Shown piece after piece: positions 1 through 10,000 of a stretch of DNA of 64,000 nucleotides. Numbering within the stretch: the stretch's first letter is position 1; the number at the start of each line of letters is the position of its first letter. The stretch is from an uncultured bacterium (GTDB lineage: Bacteria; Krumholzibacteriota; Krumholzibacteriia; LZORAL124-64-63): the NCBI GenBank assembly GCA_963727525.1, contig CAVSGO010000006.1, positions 64,001 through 128,000 of the forward strand. Reading direction: 5' to 3'. Under the pieces are notes generated by a model. It made no database searches. It saw nothing but the letters and a program-made list of their open reading frames with translations, and had not been told where the DNA came from. A program made the translations under genes and the position numbers.

Positions 1-1992
1 GTGATGGGGACTCCGTCCACCAGCACCCACGAACTCTCGACCGCCGTCGATCCCCAGGCGGCAGCCGACCTCATGGCCGCGATCGAGCGCGTGTTCAAGA
101 TCGGTGTCTATTACCCATCCGGTCACGCCCTCTGCGACCAGGCGGCCGACGTGTTTCTCACCGCGCTGGGCCGTGTGGTCGGCAAGGCGCCCACGTTGCG
201 ATTCAAGCTGAGCCAGGATGTCCTCACCGTGCAGGGGTTCGAACTGGACCCGACGCTCCGCGGCGTGCAGGGCTTCCGCGACCTCCTGAAGGAACTGGGC
301 GTGGCGGCGGTCGACGTCGACAGCACCGTGGATGCGGCCGACCTGCACGTCTTCGTCACGCAGCTCCTCGCCTATCGCAATCGCGTGAAGGGCACCCATT
401 CCTTCCAGCAGGTGGTCGTGGAGGGCATGCCGCCCACCATCGGCGTGGAGCATCTCGAATTCATCGCGCGCGAGGTCTACGGCGACGAGAATACCGAGGG
501 CGGCGACCCTTCGAACCCCAGCGTCGAGGCGTTGCTCGCCACGCTCGCCCGGCATGGACTCGGTCCCGAGGAGATCGATCGCTGCCGCCGCCTGCTGGAA
601 TCCATCCCTGGGTACCTCGAGAACCGTGAGGGCGGCGGTGGGGCGCTCCCGCACGTGACCTGGGCCGACGTGGAGGCGCTGCTGGTGCGGGCGGCGCGAG
701 AGCCGATCGACCCCGAGAGGTCCGGGGCGACCGGACGGCGCTCGTCGCACGCGAGTCTGGACGCGCTGGCCGCGATCTTCGAGGCCCTGGGCAAGCGCGT
801 GAAGACATCGGGATCGCGCGAGGCCATCGACCTGTTGCTCTCGATCTCGCGACGCGACGAGGCGGCGACCGACGCGAACGCCAGCGAGAACGCGCCTTCG
901 CCGGCGTCGCCCACGCCGCCGCCGAAACCGGCGCCGCCGCGTGAGGCGCAGGAGGCGCCGCTGAGCGCGCTGTACGATCAACTCGCCGCGTGCCGTGCGG
1001 CTGCGCCCGGGACGCCGACGCTGGCAACCGCCAATCGCTGCGAGGACCTCACGATCCTGTTCCAGATGTTCACACGGGATCAGACGCCGCAGGCCCAGCT
1101 GCGGATCCAGAAGAGGATCCGCGACATCCTGCGCACGCCCCTGCAATCGTCGGAGTGGGACGTCGTGGTCGCCGGTACGCGCCAGCTCGTGGAGCTGGAC
1201 GACCGGGAACACCTCACCGGGCCGCTGCGCATGGTGCTCGAGGCGCTGCGCGCCTCGGAATTCGCTTCGACATTGCGATACCTCGCCGACATCGGCCGCG
1301 GCCTCACGCCCGAACGATTCATGGTGGTGTGGCCCCACCTCGTCAACGAATTGCTCATCGGAGGCCCCGGCGCCGATCCCGAAGTCTTCGCCGAGGTTGG
1401 CGCCATGGTTTGCCGCCCGACGCATGCGGACATGGAGACGGCGTTGCCGATGCTGGAGTCGCTGGACGCGTTGCGGGATCGTCGCTGCGCGCGTGCGCTC
1501 TTCTCGCCGCCGCCGGTGGAACTGTATCCGGTGTTCGCGGCGCTGCTGCAGTCGCCACATGCCCCGTTCATCGGCAATCTTCTGCTCAGTGGCATGCGTT
1601 TCCGACCGCTCAACTGGTTGAGCGAATCGGTGCTACCCTTGCTCGGACATTTCCAGCCGCAACATCGGCGATTCCTGGTCGACCTGCTCAATCTCGGCGC
1701 CCTCGATACGCCGCCCCGCAGCACGGCCGAGATGGCCGGCAAGATCATCGCCGTTGCCCTGCCGCAGCTTCCGCGCTCGCGTCGCAACGAACCGTGGGTG
1801 GCGACGTCGGTGCGCGCACTCGGAAAGCTCCCGACGCCCCGCGCCGGTCGAGTACTGCGTCAGATCGTCCGGGCCAGGCGGCTCTGGCTGATCCCGGAAT
1901 GGCCGGATGCCGCGCGGCAAGCGGCGCGCCAGACGCTCGACCGTTTCCACGCGCTGACTGACGACGAGATCGATGAGACACCGAAAGAGTGA
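1..1992 (+). CDS. Hypothetical helical protein (HEAT-like C-terminus), partner of the downstream HD-GYP protein; start lies at the window edge
   Basis: 663-aa ORF; N-terminal 'YYPSGH...' domain resembles the N-terminus of the next gene; stop abuts the next start. Confidence 0.6.
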   Translation: MMGTPSTSTHELSTAVDPQAAADLMAAIERVFKIGVYYPSGHALCDQAADVFLTALGRVVGKAPTLRFKLSQDVLTVQGFELDPTLRGVQGFRDLLKELGVAAVDVDSTVDAADLHVFVTQLLAYRNRVKGTHSFQQVVVEGMPPTIGVEHLEFIAREVYGDENTEGGDPSNPSVEALLATLARHGLGPEEIDRCRRLLESIPGYLENREGGGGALPHVTWADVEALLVRAAREPIDPERSGATGRRSSHASLDALAAIFEALGKRVKTSGSREAIDLLLSISRRDEAATDANASENAPSPASPTPPPKPAPPREAQEAPLSALYDQLAACRAAAPGTPTLATANRCEDLTILFQMFTRDQTPQAQLRIQKRIRDILRTPLQSSEWDVVVAGTRQLVELDDREHLTGPLRMVLEALRASEFASTLRYLADIGRGLTPERFMVVWPHLVNELLIGGPGADPEVFAEVGAMVCRPTHADMETALPMLESLDALRDRRCARALFSPPPVELYPVFAALLQSPHAPFIGNLLLSGMRFRPLNWLSESVLPLLGHFQPQHRRFLVDLLNLGALDTPPRSTAEMAGKIIAVALPQLPRSRRNEPWVATSVRALGKLPTPRAGRVLRQIVRARRLWLIPEWPDAARQAARQTLDRFHALTDDEIDETPKE

Positions 1993-3381
1993 GTGACCAT
2001 GCAAGGAAATCTCGACAAGCTCGTCATCCTGCTCAGCAGCGGCTTCGCGCAGCGTCGCCTCTACTTCGCCGACCACCCGAAGGTGGCCGGCCATAGCCGG
2101 GAGTTCGTCGCTCAGCTCGGTCGTTATCTCGACGAGGTCGATCAGGACGAGATCTTCCTCGGCGTGATCGACGGCAAACTCGTCCACAATGGCCGTTACC
2201 TAATCGGACCGAGCATCGCCGGCGGCCCGCTCATCGAATTCGTGACCCGCATGCACGGTGGTGGACTCGCCTTCACGCGCCTCACCACGGATGCCGAGGT
2301 GCGGGCTCTCTTCTCCATGGCGGCGGAGCTGCGCGAACCGACGTCGGGCCTGACGGAGGCGCGGGCACTGCTGGCATCACGCGGCATCACCACCATTCAC
2401 GTGGCGGCACCATACCATGAGGCATCCGGCCTGATGCCGGAGGACGCCCAGGTCTCGTGGCAGGGCAAGGATCAGGGCGGCGGGGGGCTCGAATCGCCGT
2501 TGCTCGTCTATCAGGCGCTCTTCGATGTCGTCACGGCCGCCCACGGCAATGCGTCGCTGAGTCGTGCGCTGGATATCGAGAGCACGCGTTCGGTGAGCGA
2601 GTATCTCCTGCACAGCACTCGTGCCAACTTCACCGACATCATGCATCTGATGCATTACCCGGACTTCGATTCTTACACGGTGGGGCATTCGGTACGCGTG
2701 GCCACGCTGGCCGTGTTCGCGGGCGACCGGCTCGGATTGTCCGACGAGCACCTCCTCGATCTGGGCACCGCCGGACTGCTGCACGATGTCGGCAAGAGCA
2801 AGATCCCCGACGAGATCCTCTACAAGCCCGGCCGCCTCGACGCCGGCGAATTCGCGATCATGCAATCCCACGCGGCCATCGGCGCGGAGATCCTGCTCGA
2901 GCACAAGACCGCCACGCAGCTCGACGTCGCCGCGGCCTGGGGACACCACATCCGTCACGACGGCGGCGGTTACCCCAAGACGCCACCGTGGGGCGCGCGC
3001 AACAAGATCACGGCGCTCTTGCAGATCTGCGACGTCTTCGAGGCGTTGACGGCGGTACGTCCCTACAAGGCGCCGATGACACCACGCACCGCGTTCGAGA
3101 TCATGCTGAAAGACCAGGGCGCCTTCGATCCTGGTCTGCTGGCCGTATTCGTGAACACGCTGGGTCTCTACCCGCCCGGAAACGTCGTACGCCTCAACGA
3201 CGGCACCTACGGCAGCGTTGTCGCCGCCACCGCCGACATCGAACGTCCACGGGTTCGCTTGACGCACGACCCCGAGGGCAAGCCGCTCCCCGACGAGAGC
3301 CGGGTCGAGTGCGACCTCACGAGCACGCCGGAGTGCAGCGTGGCCGAGCTCGTCCTCGAGCCGGACACGGTGCTGGCCTGA
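1993..3381 (+). CDS. HD-GYP domain cyclic-dinucleotide phosphodiesterase
   Basis: HSVRVA, LLHDVGK, HH, GGGYP, ICDVFEALTAVRPYK motifs. Confidence 0.9.
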   Translation: MTMQGNLDKLVILLSSGFAQRRLYFADHPKVAGHSREFVAQLGRYLDEVDQDEIFLGVIDGKLVHNGRYLIGPSIAGGPLIEFVTRMHGGGLAFTRLTTDAEVRALFSMAAELREPTSGLTEARALLASRGITTIHVAAPYHEASGLMPEDAQVSWQGKDQGGGGLESPLLVYQALFDVVTAAHGNASLSRALDIESTRSVSEYLLHSTRANFTDIMHLMHYPDFDSYTVGHSVRVATLAVFAGDRLGLSDEHLLDLGTAGLLHDVGKSKIPDEILYKPGRLDAGEFAIMQSHAAIGAEILLEHKTATQLDVAAAWGHHIRHDGGGYPKTPPWGARNKITALLQICDVFEALTAVRPYKAPMTPRTAFEIMLKDQGAFDPGLLAVFVNTLGLYPPGNVVRLNDGTYGSVVAATADIERPRVRLTHDPEGKPLPDESRVECDLTSTPECSVAELVLEPDTVLA

Positions 3382-3487
3382 GTCGCGCCTTGCTGGGCTC
3401 GCACGCGCCGTGGTAGAGTGAGTCGACGCGGCCGATGCCCGGCCGTCCCGTCAACGGCGTCTATCTCGAGAGCCAGGATCGTTGGTC

Positions 3488-4369
3488 ATGGTTCGCGTTT
3501 CGCGGGTATTCCTCGTCGCTCTCGCGGGCTTCGTTCTGGCTGCGGCCCCAGCCGTCGCGGCGGTGTCGGCGGCCGATGCCGACTCGGTGGACATCGCATT
3601 CGTACTCATACCCGCGGGATCCTACGTGAGCGGTAGCCCGGGCGACGAGTGGGGAAGCCGTGTCGACGAGAAACAGCACCGCGTCACGTTGAGCCACGCG
3701 TTCTACCTCTCGACGACGGAGATCACCCAGACAATGTGGCGCGCGGTCATGGGCAACAACCCGAGCTATCTCTACGATTGCCCGCGATGCCCCGTGGAAG
3801 GCCTGAGCTGGTTCGACGCGATCGCCTTCTGCAACGCATTCTCGCAGCAAGCCGGTTTGGCGCCGGTCTACGCGATCCGCGACACACTCGTCACGTGGGA
3901 CCGCACTGCCGACGGCTACCGTCTGCCGACCGAGGCGGAATGGGAGTATGCGTGTCGTGCCGGCAGCGCCACGGCGTTCCACACGGGCGACTGCCTCGGT
4001 ACCGACAAGGCGAACTACAAGGGCTATGAACCGCAGGAAGGCTGCGCCAGCGGTCTCTGGCGCGGCCAGACGATCGACGTCGGGTCGTTTGCCGCCAATA
4101 ACTGGGAGCTCTGCGACATGCACGGAAACGTCGGGGAATGGTGCTGGGACCGCTGGGACTTCTATCCGGACACCGCCACGGTGGATCCAGCCGGACCGGA
4201 CCGCGGCGACGAGCGGGTCATCCGCGGCGGCAACTTCGATCGGCCGGCCTGGGACTGCCGTTCGGCCGCGCGCACCATGGCCCGTCCCCGGGCGTGGTTC
4301 CGGGATGTGGGCGTACGTCTCGCGCGTACGGCCTTCACGGCGGCAGACATCCAGGGGGGCAGCCCATGA
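3488..4369 (+). CDS. Secreted SUMF1/FGE-sulfatase domain protein (probably non-catalytic)
   Basis: Signal peptide; RLPTEAEWEYACRAG, DMHGNVGEWCWD, RVIRGG motifs; ATGA overlap with the sulfatase. Confidence 0.9.
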   Translation: MVRVSRVFLVALAGFVLAAAPAVAAVSAADADSVDIAFVLIPAGSYVSGSPGDEWGSRVDEKQHRVTLSHAFYLSTTEITQTMWRAVMGNNPSYLYDCPRCPVEGLSWFDAIAFCNAFSQQAGLAPVYAIRDTLVTWDRTADGYRLPTEAEWEYACRAGSATAFHTGDCLGTDKANYKGYEPQEGCASGLWRGQTIDVGSFAANNWELCDMHGNVGEWCWDRWDFYPDTATVDPAGPDRGDERVIRGGNFDRPAWDCRSAARTMARPRAWFRDVGVRLARTAFTAADIQGGSP

Positions 4370-5760
4370 GCGACGTCTCACGCCGCGACGCGTTGAAACT
4401 GATCGGCGCCGGCGCCGCCGCGCTGACGCTGCCTCGGCTGCTCGGATGCGGCGCCAAAGATATTGCGGGGCGACGCCCCAACGTCGTCGTCATCCTCGCG
4501 GACGACCTGCGCTACGACGCCATCGGCTGCGCCGGAGATCGGCGCTTGCAGACGCCGAACATCGACCGCCTCGCCGGCGAAGGCGTGCGCTTCACGAACG
4601 CATTCGTGACCACGAGTCTCTGCAGCCCGTCGCGCGCGGCCTTTCTCACCGGTTGCTACGCCCATACCCAGGGCGTCTTCTACAACGAGATGCGCGATCC
4701 CCTGCCGTCGGTGCCCATGTTTCCCGAGCTGCTGCAACGCGCGGGCTACGAGACGGCGTTCGTCGGCAAGTGGCATATGCTGCGACGCGCCACGCCGAGA
4801 CGCGGCTTCGATCACTGGGTGGCGTTCAATGGTCAGGGCGCGTACTTCCGGAATACCCTGAACGTCGACGGCGACTGGGTCTACTCCGAGAACTATATCA
4901 CCGACGAGCTCACGTCCCGCGCCGTGAACTACCTGGTGCGGGACCACGAGAAGCCGTTCTTCCTCATGCTCAGCCACAAGGCCGTGCACGCGCCATTCGT
5001 GCCGGCGCCGCGCCATGCGAATCGCTACGGCGACGTGACCTACACGTCCCGGGACGACAGTCGCGACCGGCTCGATGCCAAACCCGCCTGGGGTGGACGT
5101 GCCGCGGACGAGAACGTCGCTTCCGAGATGCGGAATTACCACCGCACGGTGCTGGGCATCGACGAGAGCGTGGGCACGATACGTGCCACCCTGCAGGAGC
5201 AGGGCGTGCTCGATGACACACTGGTGGTCTTTACCAGCGACAACGGCTACCTGTTCGGCGAGCACGGCGGACTCATGGACAAGCGTGCGGCCTACGAGCC
5301 GTCGATCCGTATCCCGCTGATCCTGCGCTACCCGCCCCAGGGGGGCGCCGGAACGATCTGCGACGGGCTGGCGTTGAACATCGATCTCGCTCCCACCCTG
5401 GTCGAGCTGGCGGGCGCGCCGGCTTCCCCGACCATACAGGGCCAGAGCCTGATTCCGCTACTGCGCGGGGAGCCGGGTCGCGATGCGTTCCTCTACGAGT
5501 ACTTTCATGAACTGGGCACCGTGCCCACGGCGCTGGCGGTTCGTACGCGCGAATGGAAGTACGTCACGTATCCCGACGACCCGGACCTGCCGTCCGAACT
5601 GTACGACCTGCGGGCCGACCCCGGCGAGCTACGCAACCTCGCCGACCAGGCGACGCTCTCCGAAAAGCAGACCGAACTCGAGGAACGCCTGGCCGCCCTG
5701 CTCCGTGCGACGAACTTCAGAATGCCGGGACCACCGCGCCGCTCGCTGAGTCAGGGGTGA
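4366..5760 (+). CDS. Cys-type sulfatase, Tat-exported, possible lipoprotein
   Basis: SRRDALK twin-arginine signal, LLGC lipobox-like motif, PNVVVILADD, CSPSRAAFLTG, GKWH, TSDNG. Confidence 0.93.
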   Translation: MSDVSRRDALKLIGAGAAALTLPRLLGCGAKDIAGRRPNVVVILADDLRYDAIGCAGDRRLQTPNIDRLAGEGVRFTNAFVTTSLCSPSRAAFLTGCYAHTQGVFYNEMRDPLPSVPMFPELLQRAGYETAFVGKWHMLRRATPRRGFDHWVAFNGQGAYFRNTLNVDGDWVYSENYITDELTSRAVNYLVRDHEKPFFLMLSHKAVHAPFVPAPRHANRYGDVTYTSRDDSRDRLDAKPAWGGRAADENVASEMRNYHRTVLGIDESVGTIRATLQEQGVLDDTLVVFTSDNGYLFGEHGGLMDKRAAYEPSIRIPLILRYPPQGGAGTICDGLALNIDLAPTLVELAGAPASPTIQGQSLIPLLRGEPGRDAFLYEYFHELGTVPTALAVRTREWKYVTYPDDPDLPSELYDLRADPGELRNLADQATLSEKQTELEERLAALLRATNFRMPGPPRRSLSQG

Positions 5761-5762
5761 TC

Positions 5763-6989
5763 ATGAACGCGCAACCATTCACGCTCCTCGTCAAGCCGGC
5801 TGGAGCCGCCTGCAACCTGCATTGCGCCTACTGCTTCTACTTGCCAACGGCACAGCTCCATGCGCACGAAACCCACCGCTGCATGACCCCGCTGATCCTG
5901 CGCCGACTCGTCACCGGCTACCTGGCCACGCGTCAACCGGTGTACGGCTTCTGCTGGCAGGGGGGCGAACCGACGCTGATGGGCCTCGATTTCTACGTGC
6001 AGGCCACGAAGCTGCAGGAGCGCCTCGGCCGCACCGGTCAGCTCGTGAGCAACAGCCTGCAGACCAACGCGCTGCTGATCGACGACGCTTGGGCCGAACA
6101 CCTCGCGCGCTATCGCTTCCTCGTGGGGTGCAGCCTCGATGGCCCCGCGGCGATGCACGATCGGTACCGCACGGCCGCCAATGGCGAGGCGAGCCACGCG
6201 CGCGTGCTGCACGGGATACGAACGTTGCAACGCCACGGCGTGGCCGTGAATGTGCTCGTGCTGGTGAGTCAGGCCAACGTGCGCCGTGCCGGCGAGGTGT
6301 TCGGCTACTTGCGCGATCTCGGACTCCTGCACCAGCAGTACATCCCATGTCTCGACGTCGACGACGATGGGGCGCCGCGGCCGTATGCGATCGGCAGCGA
6401 GGAATGGGGCGCGTTCCTCGACGCGCTCTTCGTGGCCTGGGCGGCCGACGGGGAACGCGCCGCGATCCGCAATCTCGACGCTCTCGTGGGCCAGCTTCTG
6501 GGCGATCCCCCCGCGGAATGCACGCTGGGGCAGGACTGTCGACAATACGTGGTGGTGGAGCACAACGGCGCCATCTATCCCTGCGATTTCTATGTGCGCG
6601 AGGACCTGTGCCTGGGCAACGTGATGGACGTAGCGTGGGACACCGTGCTGGCGTCACCGGCGCATCGCCGGTTCGGGGCGACCAAGGCTGCCTGGCCCGA
6701 GGCGTGCGCCACCTGCGATTGCCTCGACCTCTGCGCCGGTGGCTGTCCGCGGCACCGCACGGGCAGTGCGGCCGAACCCAGCCGGCTTTGTGCGGGTTTG
6801 CGCGGATTCCTGCGCGTGCGGCGGGAAGAATTGACGCGGATCGCGGCCCGGCGCGCCGGCGAACGCGCCGCCCGCCCCTTCGCGGTCATGACCGGTGCCA
6901 GAGCAGGCGGCGCGGCCGTCCAGTCCCGCAACGAACCGTGCCCGTGCGGCAGCGGGCGCAAGTTCAAGAAGTGCTGCGGCGGCGGTTGA
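5763..6989 (+). CDS. Anaerobic sulfatase-maturating radical SAM/SPASM enzyme (AslB/ChuR family) with C-terminal SEC-C motif
   Basis: VKP..CNLHCAYCFY, WQGGEPTL, YPCDF, CxxCxxxxxCxGGCP, RNEPCPCGSGRKFKKCC. Confidence 0.93.
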   Translation: MNAQPFTLLVKPAGAACNLHCAYCFYLPTAQLHAHETHRCMTPLILRRLVTGYLATRQPVYGFCWQGGEPTLMGLDFYVQATKLQERLGRTGQLVSNSLQTNALLIDDAWAEHLARYRFLVGCSLDGPAAMHDRYRTAANGEASHARVLHGIRTLQRHGVAVNVLVLVSQANVRRAGEVFGYLRDLGLLHQQYIPCLDVDDDGAPRPYAIGSEEWGAFLDALFVAWAADGERAAIRNLDALVGQLLGDPPAECTLGQDCRQYVVVEHNGAIYPCDFYVREDLCLGNVMDVAWDTVLASPAHRRFGATKAAWPEACATCDCLDLCAGGCPRHRTGSAAEPSRLCAGLRGFLRVRREELTRIAARRAGERAARPFAVMTGARAGGAAVQSRNEPCPCGSGRKFKKCCGGG

Positions 6990-7020
6990 GCACCACCGCC
7001 GCCGCACCACCGTACGCGCG

Positions 7021-10000
7021 TCACCGCACCAACATCATCTTGTGCAACATCGTCTCGCCCGTCGCTTCGAGGCGGCAGAAGTAGAGACCGCTCGCCGTCT
7101 CGCGCCCGGATCCGTCCCGTCCATCCCAGCGCACCTCGTGCCGGCCCGCCGGCAACACGTCGGCGACCAGCCTGCGCACCCGTACGCCGCGCACGTCGTA
7201 GATTTCGAGCTGTATGGGGCCGGGTGCGGCGAGGTCGAACGCGATCACCGTCTGGGGGTTGAAGGGATTCGGGGCGTTGCCCACGACCCGGGTGACGGTG
7301 GGGAGCGTCGCCGGCGCCGCCGTGGCGGTGGCGCTGCCGACCAGCAGGTTCAGTCCCCACGTCTGGAACGCGCCGAGCGCGCCGAAGGCGGTGTCGGCCA
7401 CGAAGATGGTCCAGTCGCCCTGAGGGTCCGCGCCCAGGAAGTCATCGAGTGATCCGGGACCGTCGACCACGAGGTTGGCGGGCCAGTTGCCCACGATGTC
7501 GTCGTTGATGCTGCCCGAGTGGTCGTGCAGCGTGACCACCGTACCCTGCGGATTCGTGAGCGTGACGACGAGCTGGCCGATCGAGGGATGCGTGATGGCG
7601 ATGTCCACCGAAACGCCGAGCAGCGCGCCGGTGTCGCCGACGTTGATGTTGCTGGTCATGCCGGCGGGGTTGTTGTCGGGAATCGGCAGGTTCACGCTGG
7701 CTGTCTCGTGCACGGCGACCACGGGGAAGAGCGTGAAGTCCACGCCGGAGAGCGTCTGTCCGTCAGCCAGCGCCACGGTGCGAGTCGCTGGCGCGTAGCC
7801 GTCGCGGCTCACGGTCATCGCGTAGTTGCTCGCCCACAGACCGGCGATCGTGTAGGCCCCATCGGAACCGGTGTTGGCGCTGTGGAAGGGGCCCGCCGTG
7901 ACGGTGATGCCGGACGCGTCACCGCCGTCCTCCAGGCTCACCACCCCGGAGATCGACGAGGTGCCGGGCGACTCGGGCGCCGTCAGGTAGGCCAGCGCGT
8001 TTTCAGTGAGCAAGCGGGCCTGATCCGGGTTCAAGTAGCCGAAGTCGAAGGGGAGGAAGACGATCTGTCCCGCGTCCGGCCCGGAGTTGTCGTCATAGAG
8101 GAGCACGCCGGCGGAATCGATGCTGAACACGGAATGCATGATCACGAGCGCGTCGGCCGTCGGCAGTGCGAGGTCGCACGCTCCCACGTCGAAACCGGCA
8201 TCCACGCCGGTTTCGATGTCGTCGGGAAGGCGGTGCGGCCGGTTCAGGAACAGGTGGTGATCCTCATCCGGATTGGGCACGAGCAACGTGCCCGAATCAC
8301 CCCACCAGTCCGCGGTGTGCAGGACCGTGCGGGTGAAGGCGTCGCTGAACGGAGGACTCTGGTAGGCGCGGTACACGATATCGCCGCCCTCGATCATCAG
8401 ACGGCCACCGCTCTGTACCCAGGCCAGCAGGCGGTCGCGCAACTCCGGATTCTGCAGGGGCTGTTGATTGTTGCCACACGAGATCACCACGGCATCGTGT
8501 CCGGGCAGACTGTTCTGGCCGACATCGGCCGCGTCCACCTGATCGACGACATAACCGGCATCGATCAGCCACTGCGCGATGTCCGCGGCCGAGGTGGCGG
8601 GTTCGACGGGAACACCGCGGGGGGAGCCCGATGGCTCCTGCTCTCGCGCCGCGTAGTTGAAGAGGTTGTCGATCACGAGCACGCGGGCCAGGGCGGCGAC
8701 CACGGTAAAGGTGAATGGGCCGGCGGTGGTCGTGTTGGGGATGGCGGCCACATCCTGTGCCGCCAGGCGGTACGTCACGGTGTCGCCCACCTGCAGCGAT
8801 CCGGCCGCGAGCGGGAAGTCCACACCGTAGCCATCACCGTCGGGCGCCAGCGCGACGGGCCCTTGCTGCGCGCCACCGTTCACTGCGAACGTGAGCGTGA
8901 CGTCGGCGATGCCGATGTTGTCGGATGCCAGCGCGAAGACCCGCGGCGGCCACGTTGCCAGGGTCTGGTCGATGAGCGGCGCGTGGAAGAGTTGCGGCGC
9001 GATGGTATCGACCCCGATACCGAAGCCGTACACGCCGGTGGGCGCGTTCAGCGGTGCCCGGATGGTGATGCCCTGTGCGTCGCTCGCCTCGAGGTAGTAG
9101 TCGACGATGCCACCCGCCTGACCAGGGATCTCGCCCGTGTAGGCGTCGCCGCCCGCGGGGGTCAGTGGCGCCGTTTGCCAGGGGCCGCCATCCACGCGCC
9201 ACACCAGGGAGAGCGTGGCGCCGGCCAGACCCTGGCGGTCGGTGATCGTCGCCGTGACGACGTATGGTCCCACAGTGTCCTCGGTGTCCACGAGCGGCGT
9301 GTGCGCGATGGAGGGGCCCCAGTAGGTGACGGCCGCGTAGGCGTCGACGATGCCCCAGCCGTAGTCGTTGTCGGGGTTGTCCGTGCGGTCGGCGGTGGCC
9401 TTGAGCGCGTCGCGCACCTGGGCCGGTGTGAGCGAGGGCACCCGCTCCAGAATGAGGGCGGCCACGCCCGCCACGAGCGGTGTCGCGAAACTGGTGCCGT
9501 CCACGGCAGAGTAGCCCGTCGCGCCGTCCCAGTAGGCCACGATGTTACTCACGCCCTGGGCGCTGAGGTCGGGCTTGATGCGGCCGTCGTAGGTGGGACC
9601 GGGCGAGCTGAACGAGGCGATGTTGCCGTCGAGGTCCACCGCCGCGAGGGCCAGCACGTTGTGGCCATCGGCAGGGGGCAGGATGTGGGGGAAGTCGGAA
9701 TTCTGCCGCTCGTTGCCGGCGCTATTGAAGACGCAGACGCCCAGATCGAACGCCATGTCGGCCGCGATGGTGGTGACGGCCGTGTCGCCGTCGAGGTCGC
9801 TGAAGTCGTACCAGTAGTAGTAGCCCAGACTGCTGGTGACGACGTCCACGCCGAGCGACTCCTCCCACTCGATGCCCGCGACCCAGTTGTCCTCCTCGAT
9901 GGGCGTCTCGCTCTCGATGTCCTCGGTCTTGGCGAGGATCGCCGAGGCGCCATAGGCCGTGCCGATCAGCTCGCCGTTCTTGAAGCCCATGACGAGTGAG

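Noticed and set aside
3488-4369. True aerobic formylglycine-generating enzyme giving dual O2-dependent and O2-independent maturation
   Set aside because: The catalytic Cys pair is absent and the protein appears exported.
7519-9999. Long antisense or alternative-frame ORFs (e.g. 7519-9999, 17689-19800, 53362-55938, 61422-63512)
   Set aside because: They shadow well-supported genes, are Arg/Gly/Ala-rich and carry no motifs; expected in high-GC DNA. Only the last 139 codons of 55416-57374 (DoxX) appear real.
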